DNA of 55,877 nt from Lama guanicoe (lineage: Eukaryota). Both the position numbers and the translations under genes were made by a program. Below the pieces are notes generated by a model. The model did not search any database and was not told where the DNA came from. It was given only the letters and a program-made list of their open reading frames with translations. Shown here piece after piece: positions 24,856 through 37,589 of this stretch. The DNA lies in contig MU054027.1 of NCBI GenBank assembly GCA_013239625.1, forward strand, positions 66,273-122,149, written 5' to 3'. Position 1 is the stretch's first letter; every line of letters begins with the position of its first letter.

Positions 24856-25500
24856 GGTGCGGGCCAGCCCCTGATCCCCAGCTCCCAGCCCGCCTCCTGC
24901 TCTCTCCTCCTGGGCCACCTCAGGCCACACCGGCCACTGACTACCCTCCGGCCAGCTCACTTCTGCCTGGGAGTCTCCGCCCCCGTGGAGCCTCCTCCTG
25001 ACTGGTGTGCAGGGCTGGCTCCCATTTTCCATTCTGGTCCCAGGAGACGCCACCTCAGTGAGGACGCTCAGACCCTCCCACCCGGTGCCTGCCAAGCCCT
25101 CCTCACAGCGCCCCGCAGTTCTGGGCAGTGCTCGCTCTCTTCCTCCTCCTCTTGCTTGTGCGCTCTTGTCCCCTCCCCCAGACCCCTGGGAGACGCCGTT
25201 TCAGCTCCGCACAGGGGCTCACCTGGCAAGCACGCGCGCTCAGAGCACGGCGGGAAAGATCGCGGCGCTCTCCCGCTGCGTCCGCCCACCTCAGTCTGCA
25301 GAGAGGACCTCTCACAACAGGAGGCGCGTGTGCTTCATGAGGCAGGGGCACGGCCAGAGTCACCTCGGCAGCGCTGTGTCTGCTCCGGGAACGCTCAGCG
25401 CGCAGCTCTGCCGCGGGAGGCGGCTGCCCCCTGGTGGCCAGCGCTAGCACTGACGCCCCAGGCCTGAATCTTCGTTGAACGTCCTCAGGGCAGAGCTCGC
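24540..25500. promoter_or_regulatory. CpG island
   Basis: High GC and many CG dinucleotides (cacgcgcgctc, cgcggcgctc) versus flanks. Confidence 0.65.
25422..25440 (-). promoter_or_regulatory. CTCF motif (consensus match)
   Basis: Minus strand TGGCCACCAGGGGGCAGCC. Confidence 0.65.
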
Positions 25501-25870
25501 CAGAGCCTCAGGGCTGACACCCTGCAGGCTTCCGGGCTGTGGACTGGATGTCAGAAGCCACTCTCTCCTCTCCTTGTCTCCCACCTCTGGGATGTCGTGT
25601 TTAGACATCCTCACCTCAAACATGGAAGTAATACCCGCTACTTCTGTGCCCAACAACAACAAAAGCAAAGAGCATTGCTCATCGAGGGTTAAGTTGCAGC
25701 CCACTGTAGCTGTCTGCCAATGGTGAATTCTGAAAGGAATTCAGGGTGAAAAAAACAGGATGAGGCACTCTGTGGTTTGGGTAAATAGGCCCTTAGATAG
25801 ATAGATGCATATGTTAGGAAGAATTTCAATGACCCCCAGATTCTTGCATCTTTCCACACATAGAAAAACA

Positions 25871-26344
25871 GCAAAATAAAAAAATGACAACATAACGCCA
25901 TTTGCAGCAACATGGATGTCCCTGGAGAATGTCATTCTAAGTGAAGTAAGCCAGAAAGAGAAAGAAAAATACCGTTTGAGATCGCTCATATGTGGAAACC
26001 AAAAAAACAAAAAACAAAAACAGAAATACAAAACAGAAACAAACACATAGACATAGACATAGAATACAAACTTGTGGTTGCCAAGGGGGAGGGAGTGGGA
26101 AGGGACAGGCTGGGAGTTTGAAATTTGTAGATACTGACAGGTATATATAGAATAGATAAACAAGATTATACTGTATAGCACAGGGAAGTATATACAAGAT
26201 CTTGTGGTGGCTCACAGCGAATAAAACGCAACAATGAATACATGTATGTTCATGTATAACTGAAAAATTGTGCTCTACACTGGAGACTGACACAACATTG
26301 TAAACTGACTATAACTCAATTAAAATGTTTTTTTAAAAAAGAAA
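25871..26344 (+). mobile_element. Young L1 3' UTR inserted in the LTR
   Basis: Similar to 19770-20172; ends ctcaattaaaa; flanked by gaaaaacagcaaaa / gaaaacaataaaa (degenerate TSD). Confidence 0.88.
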
Positions 26345-26564
26345 ACAATAAAATCATTATTTTGAGATATCTGTTCTTTGTGACTAGCAGTAATCTTTTA
26401 CCAAGATGTGTACTTGACCACATGTATTTCCCCAGCCAAAAAAAATCACATCCACACTGGCTCCTCCGCGACCTCTCTGGAGCAGTTTACTCAGAGCTCC
26501 TGAGCGGCTGTCTCCTAGGCTTAATCCTCAGTAAGACCCTGATAAAACTTACACTCGTGTCTTC

Positions 26565-27076
26565 TGTGCAGTGCAAACTGGTGACAGCTGAGGCCCTGCG
26601 ACCCCCTAAACTTCCAGCCCTTAGGCACCTGCCTGCTCCTCTTTGGGAGATAAACCCCAGGGGGTGTTCACCTTGGCACAGTTAACAGCCCAGGGAAATG
26701 ACTGGTCTCGCTGCAGCTGAGGCTGACCTGTCCCAACCCGTGTCCCCTCCTTAACAGAATTATAAATTCCACTACCTTGCTTGCACCAGCCCATGTCTCC
26801 ATCTTACTGGAGTTACAAATCCACTATATACCAAACCCCCTACCTCACTTACAGCCAATCAGAAATCTGTTCCCCTATCCCCTGTGTTCACGGCCCCTTC
26901 CTCAATAAAAGATGCTGCACGTTCCCACTTGATGGACACTCAGGGACCTCCTGCCTGTGTGGCTCACTGCTGCTTTTTGCAGCATATTATTAAACTCTCC
27001 TTTGTTCTTGAAATTCTCCCTTTCTCGTAAATTCTTACCAACCCATGTCACTGGCTCCACCAACTGTCCCCCAACA
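26565..27076 (+). mobile_element. Second solo LTR nested in the first
   Basis: tgtgcag...ccccaaca termini, CCAAT and AATAAA (~26903), flanked by tcttc / tctta. Confidence 0.7.
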
Positions 27077-28319
27077 TCTTATGTTGTGTATTTTTCTTTA
27101 AGCTGACACATCCAAATGAGGACCCCAAGGATTCAACTGGTCTCATTCCTGGACCCGTGACTCTTGATCCATGGCTCTGACCCATTCTTCCCCACCACAC
27201 GTCCTCACTCCCAAAGCCCCAAGCTCCTATCTCCTCTGAGGGACCTCTGTGTGTGGAAAGCATTTCCCCAAGCTCGCACAGCACAGCGGGTCACTGGTGG
27301 AGAATCAAGGTCAGCCGACTTCCCAAGCACGCAGAACCCCTGGGGCAGCCAAGGCAAGGATTCGATTTGTAAAGAAAGAAGAAGTGGTCCCTCTCACCTG
27401 TGCTCTTTGAGTGTACTGGGAGATGGGATGTGTGCCAGCCCAGTTCTCGGCCTTGAGAGTGATGCGCTTTACGACCCCAGGCCCTGTCCCCTGGAGACAC
27501 TGTGGAAATGGCCCATGCCCAGGCGGGGCTGTAAGAACTTGGAGAATTCCCTTCGTGGTGTGGGCCACTGGACACACTGCCGGGGGAATGGATGTCCCTG
27601 CTCCATGGCAGAGCTGCTCCAACCTCCTTTTCCTCTCTCCCTTGTCACTTACACTGTGTCTGTTCCTCCCAAGGCCCCTGACTGCACAGTCTGTTTCTGT
27701 TTGTGCATGCCTATGTGATTATGGAAATACAGAGAGAAAAATGGTCCGAATTGGGAGGTGATGGTAGAGGTTCACCAAGATCATAGGGTCTTTTATTTCC
27801 AAACCAAATATGATAGGAGGGATTAAGTACTGGCCTAGGAAGCTGAAATCATCACTTTTCTTCTGGATTCTGTCCACATATCACGCCCTAAGCCAGTCTC
27901 TACTTCCTTCTGGGCCTCGGTTTCCCCAGAGAGTTTGGATGCATAAGTGCATAAGCACGTGTATGGGTGGGCATGTCCTCAGGCTCCATCATCAACCCTG
28001 GATGGGTTGTTGGTGTGTGTGGACTCAGGCAGACAGAGGTGCACATGACCCCTCACAAGGACAGATAAAGGTGAACAGATAGCAAGAGTGGTCGGGACTC
28101 CTGCCGAGGTCCCAGGACAAACAAGTGGCCACAGGCAGGCTCCAGAAGAGTGAGTGCCTCTGAGACTCACCTCTTTGCACAAGCATGTGCAGTGGACTAA
28201 GGGCTCTGCTCAGGAGGTGAGCTCTTGGTGATGCTCCCACCTGCAGCATCTAAGCGCCCACATCCTCTGGTTCCCTGAGGGCAAAGAGAATTCACATCGA
28301 AGTGGTTCTCAGCAATTCA

Positions 28320-28610
28320 ATAAGGGTGGAAGTGATATTTGCCATGTACAAGTTCATTTCCCCTTTACAATTGAGTGGAATAAACCCAAGGGATCTACCA
28401 AGAGTTGAAGCAACATGTTGATGATGGCAAATCCACACATTGAAGTTCATTGGGCCCCTGAGTCTCTGACTGGAGGGAAATCAACAAACAGTCATGTGCT
28501 ATTTGAAAGCCTATGTTGAGGTGTTATGTGAAACAAACAGAAGTTTATTAAAAGATCAGATGACAGATACATTCATGTGTATCTGTTACAGCAGTTAACC
28601 TGAACTTAAA
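28320..28610 (+). mobile_element. MaLR (MLT1-type) LTR remnant
   Basis: catgttgatgatggca...gggcccctgagtctc...tctgttacagcagttaacct. Confidence 0.5.
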
Positions 28611-28751
28611 GTCAGAAATAAAAGAATGCTGTGAAGAAAGTTTTTCAATAAAGAGGCTATGCCAAAATCTAAAAACAGCAAATACCACTTGAAGTTCTGA
28701 AAGGATAAAGTAAAAATATAATTCCTAAGTTTATTTAAGAAACATAGATCA

Positions 28752-28849
28752 GAATATGAAAATGAATATATGAATATTCATGTATAACTGAAATATTGTG
28801 CTGTACACCAGAAATTGAGACATTGTAAACTGACTATAACTCAATAAAA
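28752..28849 (+). mobile_element. Extremely 5'-truncated L1 tail with a 15-bp TSD
   Basis: aagaaacatagatca at 28737-28751 and 28850-28864; tt|aaga endonuclease-type site; aataaaaa end. Confidence 0.9.
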
Positions 28850-29579
28850 AAGAAACATAGATCATGTTGTAATTTTTTGATATTGAAGATGTATCATATT
28901 TTAAATCTATGACCATTATTTTGTTTCATCTATTTTATAGCTAGTATGAGTGCAGATTACTTTCTTGTGCATAAAAATATAGTTGAATACAAAGGGTCAT
29001 GAGCATAATGTTCTTCCTTATTTCTTCATATTTTGAGAGGAATTGCTAAATGAGGGGAAAGGAGTTTGATTCCCTCTGACAAGCTCCAAGGATGACAGAT
29101 GCATGCCTCTGCTCCAGATACCCACTGCTTCCTCTGGGTCTCAATTCCCAGAGGGGGACAAGTTCAAAGGGTTTTCATGTTCATCTTCTGCTTCGGTTAC
29201 TTGTGATTATGAACAAGATTGCATAGCAGTGTATCACGGAGGATTTTATTGTAAGCGGAGCTGCGGTTCCCTGTGCTTAATAGGTTGATGATCCAGGGGA
29301 GAATCCAATAGTGGAAACTAACAGCTCTTTTCTAGGGGCTGAATAGATGGGATTTTTTTCAGGTGGCCCAAAAGGCTTATGACTCTCTTGTTCTCCAGGC
29401 TATGGCTCCAAAGAGTGAGGTCAGTCCCAGTCAAGAGAGCAGGCATGGCTGCAGCAGTGATACCTGTCACCAGTGCCATGAAGAAAGAGGCTGGGACATT
29501 GACATACTGAGCCATGTAACATCCAGGGGCGGGGGCACATTGTCCTCCTCTAGTTCTGAGCATCAGGCTCTGCCCTCAG

Positions 29580-29660
29580 TGGCCAGCAGGTGGAGCTAGA
29601 CGCCGCCCTTTCGGCCGTGTGCGGCGCTCTTGCCCAATCCGCCCCTTACTTGGTGGCCAT
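29580..29660 (+). promoter_or_regulatory. CTCF-like motif plus CCAAT/GC box in a small CpG patch
   Basis: tggccagcaggtggagcta (29580-29598); gcccaatccgcccc nearby. Confidence 0.45.
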
Positions 29661-31169
29661 TCTTCCCTGAGGTCAAGAGATTTTTCTTCCCCCAGACACA
29701 CTGTGAAGGCACCACAGTGGCTTTGGGACAAGTGCCTGCGTGTGGCCACGCCTGCAGGAAAAGGGGGCTTGCTGTCTGTGCCCGGACATCTGAGGAGGGA
29801 CTGTGGAGCGCTTGTCCAAGGAGAATTTTTCTTAAATAGCTGCCCAGAGCCTTCCTTTTCTGGACACCCTCGCATGGTTTACTCTCTACTTTTGCAGGTA
29901 GCATTTTACTAAGATTTATTTTATAACAGGAGCCCATCTTTAAGGGCTTGGTGGGAGGAAATGCATGCTATGGGGGTTGTCATGGACTTGGGTTTGTTTT
30001 GTCAGAGAAAACCCTGCACAGATTCAGAGACGGAACCATGTGTATAATCGTGAAATGAAAAACACAAGTTAGAGCAACCTTCCAGACCATCTACTTGCGT
30101 TCATGGCACAGAAGAGTGTTTGCCTCCCCTTATGCTCAAGGGCACTGAACTATTCACTTACTCTCTGGTGCAAAAGATCTTTACAAAACACCTGTTATAT
30201 GTGGACAATGTACCTAGAATTTAAAATTAGTTGGAAAATATTGAAAAAGTAAATAGAGGCATATTAAAATACATTACTTTAAATTTCATATTTTAAGTAT
30301 GTCAAAATCAGAATTTTCTATAATTTCACCTTTCTGGCTTTAAAGGGCTACAAATTATCTATAACACATTTAAGATATACTTCTTAGCTTATCGTGTTTT
30401 CAAGTTAAAATATCACCATGCTTGATATTTTCTCACAACACAGTGACCATCCTTAGTATTTATAAATATTAGCTCACTGAAACATCTTTTGCAGGATTCC
30501 AATGTGACCTGTTCTGTTAAAACTAAAAATACTCAGGTGACTACCAAGTTTTTTATGAGTGTGTAATAAAAATATTGTTAATCACTTTCAGAAGATCCAA
30601 ACACAGTTGTGATCTTTAAAATACTAACCACTGCATTACTTAAGACAATTAAAGATGAAATATACTAAAACCCATAGCTTCAACATATTTAAGAGCCAAG
30701 ACAATGTTTTTTTTTTATAATTTAGATACATTTATTGTAAATAAACTTTCTGCTAATAAATTCAAAATTTGAATGAATTTAGCTTAATTTTATATATCTC
30801 TATTCAAATGGTAGTTTAGGGTATCTCCAATCTCCTTATTTTTTATCATAAGCCCCTTTCCCATAAGAATTAATATTTTTATCTGTGGGTTCTTCATTGC
30901 CCATTTCTTTATTTTTCCTTTTTGTTTTATTTTCTGTATCAGAAATATTGTCTATTCATGTCTTGATTAAAGCTTTTCATTCCTCTGACATATTTCAAAG
31001 GTACTTTCGTTTCAGTAAGCAAGGTGAGAGGCCTTCTAATTACCATGTATTTTATCTTTAGTCAGGATTTTTCCATGGAGAGATTTTTTTTTTAGTATAG
31101 AATATCTTTACTTTTAATATAATTTGTCTGATCATAAGTGTATGTAATCTAATTTTTGGTATATATATA

Positions 31170-32290
31170 TACATTTTTTTATTGAAGTATAATCAGTTTA
31201 CAATGTTGTGTCAGTTTCTGGTGTACATAACAATGCTTCAGTCATACATGAACATACACATAATCATTGTCATATTCTGTTTCACCATAACTTACTACAA
31301 GATATTGAATCCCTGTGCTATACAGCATGAACTTGTTTATCTATTCTATATATGTCAGTACCTATCTGCAAATCTCTAACTCACAATTTATCCCATCCCC
31401 CACCCCGGTTAACCACAAGTTTCTTCTCTGTATCTTAGAGTCTGTTTCTGTTTTGTAATTAAGTTTGTTTGCCCTTTTTGTTTTTTTTAAGACTCCAGAT
31501 ATAAGTGGTATCGTATGTTATTTTTCTTTCTCTTTCTGGCTTATGTCACTTAGAATGACATCTACAGGTCCATCCATGCTGTGGCAAATGGCATCATTTT
31601 ATTTTTATGGCTGAGTAGTACTCCCTTGTATAAGTATACCACAACCTCTTCATCCAGTCATCTGTTGAAGGACATTTAGGTTGTTTCCATGTGTTAGCTG
31701 TGGCAAGTAGTGCTGCTATGAACATTAGGGTACAGGGGTCTTTTTGAATTAAGGTCCCTTCTGAATATATGCCCAGGAGTGGGGTTGTGGGATCACAGGG
31801 ATTAGCAGGCAGTCAGTTTAATTTTAGTCTTTTGAGGAACCTCCATATTGTTTTCCATAATGGCTGCACCAAACTACATTTCCGACCAACAGTGTAGGAG
31901 GGTTCTCTTTTCTCCACACTCTCCCCAGCATTTATCATTTGTGGACTTTCAAATGATGGCCATTCTGACTGGTGTGAGGTGATACCTCACTGTAGTTTTG
32001 ATTTGCATTTCTCTGATAATTAGCAATATTGAGCATTTTTTTCATGTGCCTAGGTCATTCATATGTCTTCATTGGAGAATTGCTTGTGTAGGCCTTCTGC
32101 CCATTTTTCAATTGGGTTTTTGCTTTTTATTATTAAGTTATATGAGCTGTTTATATATTCTGGAAATCAAGCTCTTGCCAGTCTCATCTTTTGCAAATAT
32201 TTTCTCCCATTCCATAGGTTGTCATTTTGTTTTGCTCATGGTTTCCTTTGCTGTGCAAAAGCTTGTAAATTTAATTAGGTCCCATTTGAT
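31170..32290 (-). mobile_element. L1 3' segment
   Basis: Colinear with 5000-6130 (ttgaagtataatcag...aaaagcttgtaaatttaattaggtcccattt). Confidence 0.92.
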
Positions 32291-35200
32291 TTGTTATAAT
32301 TATTATGAGTAAAAGGGGATATTCATTTTATTCAATCAAAGACACTGGATGGTGCAAAAAAGATTATGTACAGCACAGAAGGATCTCACTGGAAACAAAC
32401 TGGAGCAGAAAAATATAGTGAAGAAGGAGACTTTAGCAGAGTTTATTTAATCTGAAGCACAACATTCAAAGTACTTCATCACTTCAGGTTTGTCACTTGT
32501 TAATCTCTTAATCTAGTGGCAGAGAGTGAACCCGTGTAGACAGGCAAGTGCATGGAATATAGAAGACCCTGCATGGATGGTTGGCTGCATGTCTGGATAA
32601 GTCTGTCCGTCCATCTACCTACCTACCTACACCCTGTTTATGGCCATTCCCATGGACAGGAGCACTGAAGACGTGGCAAACCAAAACTTCTGGATTTCTG
32701 CCTCTCATGCAAAGCTGCTCAGTCAGCTTCTATTACCTTTGTGTAACATAAACAGTCTTACTCTCCACTTGTAACTATTAAGAAATGAAGAAGAGAAAAT
32801 TGGCTTAACTGCACCTCTTTCCCTTCTGTGCTGGAGAAGTGTTAAGTAGGGCAGAGGAGATGAGATAATATTTTTCCAAGTACTCCTAACCACTTATTGC
32901 CAATTTTTTAAATCAATGAAAAATTGTAGGTAGTTTGAATAAACACGAGAAGTGGCATTTAAGTGGAGAAAAATCCTTCACTACATTAACCATGGCATAT
33001 AGCCAGCCACTAAACAAGGTTCCAAGTTTTGTGTGTAATCACTTCTAAAAATCACTCGGTATAAATACTGTAGTTGATTTTTTTCATTAACTTTGCATTT
33101 ATGCTTAGCAGTAATGAATCTGGGCACTTTATAATATTCCAAGGCAGAAAAAGTCATCATTAGACTATCCTAAAGAAGAAATTTAATTTATATATTTTAA
33201 TCTACTCCAGCAGAACAGTTTATTAATAAGTAATCCCCCAGTAAGTTAGAATAGGAAATATGAGCTTTAAGAAATAGCCAACAAATTCACTGCAGGGGAA
33301 AAAGTGCCACTATCTTAGCAGGCAGTCAGTGAAAGGCGTCAGGCACCATATTATGTCACTCATCATTCCATGACTGGCTTGTACATTAAAGTCAAAACTG
33401 GCCTGTGCTCCTGCCACAGACATATGATGACACATCACTCAGATCTTCATCACACCCATAGCACAGAGAAGGAAAAGCACACAGAGCAGTCACATCAGAG
33501 CTTACACTGAATTCAAACTTTACACTGTCAACTGATTTTTCTAGTGAGAATTTGTGAGCTCATGGTGGCACACAAAGAGCAAATGTTATTTTTGCTTTTT
33601 TAGCAAACCAAGATTCTCTCTATGGAGATAGGTTTATGAAAGACATTTTTTTATCCAAGAATCTGATAGTAATTTTAAAGGATACAGGTGTTTTTCCCAT
33701 TTTGGAGACATCACATGACAGAGTACATGCATTCTTCTGGAGTATATTAATGCACTGGCAACATCAGAATATTCAAAACACACACAGGCAGTCCCAGAGC
33801 TCTAAAGAACTTATCAGCATCTATATGTCTGTGATTGGTTTGATCTCGCCTGCCCTTAACACTTTCATCACATTCTTAATACTTACTATAGACTAAGCAA
33901 AAAAAAAAAAAAGAATAAAGAAAATTATTTTAGAGAACTTTAAATTACTTTTAGAGAAATGTATAATAATTTGGAAGTCTTATCACCATAAGTGTATCAA
34001 CCGTGAAGCTTACAGACGATGAGCTGTGAACTGCCTGGGACTGCAGACTGGGGGACTGGCAAACAGCACTTCCCGCCACCATGCTGTCAGCTACTTCCAC
34101 TTCCTAATTCAGACCTTCAAGCAGTAAATGATTTAAATGTCTTATTTCAATGCACCTTTCCAGAGGCTCTTTGCTTAAGATGCTTTGGAAACATACTTCC
34201 TCATGTGTTGATGTAGAAATACTCTTCATCATCGTTAAATGAAAGAACCAATTTAAAAATTCCTGGTGCTAGAATTTCTTACTCTGAAGTACACACATAT
34301 TTCTATGAAAATGTATATATAATGATTGCTAGATGAACTTAAAACCTGGTATAGTGAACTTTGGTTGTAATCTGGGTCAACCAGATATCTGAGTATTCGT
34401 TGGAAATCTAAGTTGTAAGTAAACTAGTTTAGAGAAAGTGAGTTGACATTTGCAGTGGACTAGTAAGCAGGTTGCTCAGTGACAAACCTATCAAGAAAGT
34501 GACTGAGTCACTCTTTCATTTGGATCTGTTTACACTGCCGTACACGGGAGCTATAAAAATGGTAAGGACAAACATGAACACAAGTTAGTATTGCTCAAAT
34601 TTTAAATTCATAGTCATTTTATAATGAAAACTCCAAAACCCAAAATATGTCTAACATTTAAACTTCATTCTAGTAGAAATCTCAAGGTACCAGGTTATGT
34701 TTCTAAGGAGGTTTCTTTTCTTTAGATTTGACAGAACATAATCTGACTCTTGGCAATCATAAATAAAGTGAAATAAAGTTGAAAGTGAAGCCATTAATAT
34801 TTGGATAGTAGTTTTTTGTAGCCAATTATTCATCCTTCCATTGTGCTGGAAAAATAATACTGTAAAAATAATTTCTAGAGGAAGAAGAGAATGAGGAGAG
34901 GAGGAAGGGTTCCTATTTTATATCATCGTTATTGTCTAAGTATTATTTTTCAGTTTCCCAGTTGATTAATGTTTCCTGTCTTCATTCCTACATCTAACAT
35001 TACTTAATATAATCAATGTCACATGAAAACAGAATTATCAAATTATCAAATAGAGTATATGTATAATCTAATCGAAAGTTTAGCTAAAATTCAAAATTGG
35101 ACAAATCAAAATGGTAACTAGAAGCAGAAAAGTCATCCTGCCCAGCAAAGTAGCAAGTAAAACTGTGCCTGCATAAGCCAAGTACTCAATATGAAAAGAG

Positions 35201-35721
35201 AAAATTTCAGCAAACACTGAAGTATGTGAAATTATCCAGACTTTTTACACCATGCAGACAAAAAAAGCTATTTATTTAACTTAATATTTTAAGTTGTCTA
35301 GGGAGTAGCGAATACAGTGTGGTTATTTAAAAGACATGCTTTAGTAGTAAAAAAAAANNNNNNNNNNNNNNNNNNNNNNNNNNNNNNNNNNNNNNNNNNN
35401 NNNNNNNNNNNNNNNNNNNNNNNNNNNNNNNNNNNNNNNNNNNNNNNNNNNNNNNNNNNNNNNNNNNNNNNNNNNNNNNNNNNNNNNNNNNNNNNNNNNN
35501 NNNNNNNNNNNNNNNNNNNNNNNNNNNNNNNNNNNNNNNNNNNNNNNNNNNNNNNNNNNNNNNNNNNNNNNNNNNNNNNNNNNNNNNNNNNNNNNNNNNN
35601 NNNNNNNNNNNNNNNNNNNCCTTCGTGTGAAGGAAAGGTCCATCTTTAGGGGGAAAGGAGGTGGCATTTCCCCATCAGAGGCCTGCAGAGGATCTCTGAG
35701 GCTATCAGAGGCCATCAGTCT

Positions 35722-37406
35722 ATGAATGATCCATACTGGACAGAACTGAAGTGGCAACCTGTGTCAAGTTCTTGCAAGATTCAAAAATAAAAATTTTCTC
35801 CTTGCAGAAAGCTTCCTTGTCTGTAGGAAAAAGAAGGTTCCACACACCAGAACAGAAACATTTATGGGCAGATATACGTCATGCACACACACACACATAC
35901 GCCCAATGCATGTGAGCCCGCGTACAAGGTCTCAACACAAAACTGTTGAAAAATAATCACTTTCCAAAGAGCACATACAAATAAGGTCTAGTGAGAGTTA
36001 TGACACAATTTGCTCTTTCCAAAAATATGCAAATATTTAAATATCATTAATCACGAAACTTGGAACAGGATTCAGAATCACAGGACAGTTTTAATTGTGT
36101 TACTGTTTGAAATTAATCACACTAATATTCAAAGTTTTGTTAGAATAATATCAGGTTGAATTTATTCTAAAAATATCCATGACCATTCCATGAGAGAAAC
36201 GGCGTACCGGAGGGGAACAATGGAAGAAATGTCTGTAAATAATGAATGGTGGATAAGATGAGGAGCAGGTTAGTTGAAACCACCTGAGTTTCAAGGTAGA
36301 AAAACTGCGCAAGTCATTTCATCTGACATCTGTGTTTGTTACAGAAATAAACTGGGAGTCAAGAGATCTGGGCTTCACTGCACTTCTGCAATCACGCAAG
36401 TCACTAGGTCCATCAGGAAAAGGTCACATAATGAATGATCCATACTGGACAGAACTGAAGTGGCAACCTGTATCAAGTTCTTGCAAGATTCAAAAATAAA
36501 AATTTTCTCTTTGCAGAAAGCTTCCTTGTCTGTAGGAAAAAGAAGTAAAGGTTCCACACACCAGAACAGAAACATTTATGGGCAGATATACATCATGCAC
36601 ACACACACATACGCCCCATGCATGTGAGACCGCGTACAAGGTCTCAACACAAAACTGTTGAAAAATAATCACCTTCCAAAGAGCACATAGAAATAAGGTC
36701 TAGTGAGAGTTATGACACAATTTGCTCTTTCCAAAAATATGCAAATATTTAAATATCATTAATCACGAAACTTGGAACAGGATTCAGAATCACAGGACAG
36801 TTTTAATTGTGTTACTGTTTGAAATTAATCACAGTAATATTCAAAGTTTTGTTAGAATAATATCAGGTTGAATTTATTCTAAAAATATCCATGACCATTC
36901 CATGAGAGAAACGGCGTACCGGAGGGGAACAATGGAAGAAATGTCTGTAAATAATGAATGGTGGATAAGATGAGGAGCAGGTTAGTTGAAACCACCTGAG
37001 TTTCAAGGTAGAAAAACTGCGCAAGTCATTTCATCTGACATCTGTGTTTGTTACAGAAATAAACTGGGAGTCAAGAGATCTGGGCTTCACTGCACTTCTG
37101 CAATCACGCAAGTCACTAGGTCCATCAGGAAAAGGTCACATTTCCGTTAAGTCACCACGAGAGAAACGGCATACCGAGGGGGAACAATGCAAGAAATGTC
37201 TGTAAATAATGAATGGTGGATAAGATGAGGAGCAGGTTAGTTGAAACCACCTGAATTTCAAGGTAGAAAACTGCACAAGTCATTTCATCTGACATCTGTG
37301 TTACAGCAATAAACTGGGAGTCAAGAGATCTGGGCTTCACTGCACTTCTGCAATCACGCAAGTCACTAGGTCCATCAGGAAAAGGTCACATTTCCGTTAA
37401 GTCACC
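35722..37406. repeat. ~710-bp near-identical tandem duplication (35722-36429 / 36431-37141) plus a third partial copy (37157-37406)
   Basis: atgaatgatccatactgg...aggaaaaggtcacat twice; the distal ~250 bp occurs three times. Confidence 0.93.
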
Positions 37407-37589
37407 CGTGAGGGAGACTGCCGTTAAATGAGGTTTATCCCTGAAATTCTCTGCTCTGGCAGCTGCAGAAGTCGTCACTGAGGCCACCACTGCGGGGCTG
37501 CCTCAAGAAGGTGGGCCATGTGTGCGCACCCAGTTCCCACTGCCTGAAGTCATCTGTCACATTATTCCCAAATAATGAACACCGCAGTT

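Larger units (their letters stand above)
25711..27108 (+). mobile_element. ERV solo LTR interrupted by an L1 tail and a second LTR
   Basis: Homologous to 1-346; pieces 25711-25870, 26345-26564 and 27077-27108 rejoin into one LTR. Confidence 0.7.

Noticed and set aside
24685..25467. 260-aa plus-strand ORF
   Set aside because: GC-rich, low-complexity translation over MLT1/L2 remnants in a CpG island; no recognisable domain.
27395..28250. Possible 5' exons of the RALGDS-like gene (donors at ~27398 and ~28168)
   Set aside because: Splice-like signals are present, but peptide similarity is too weak to assign.
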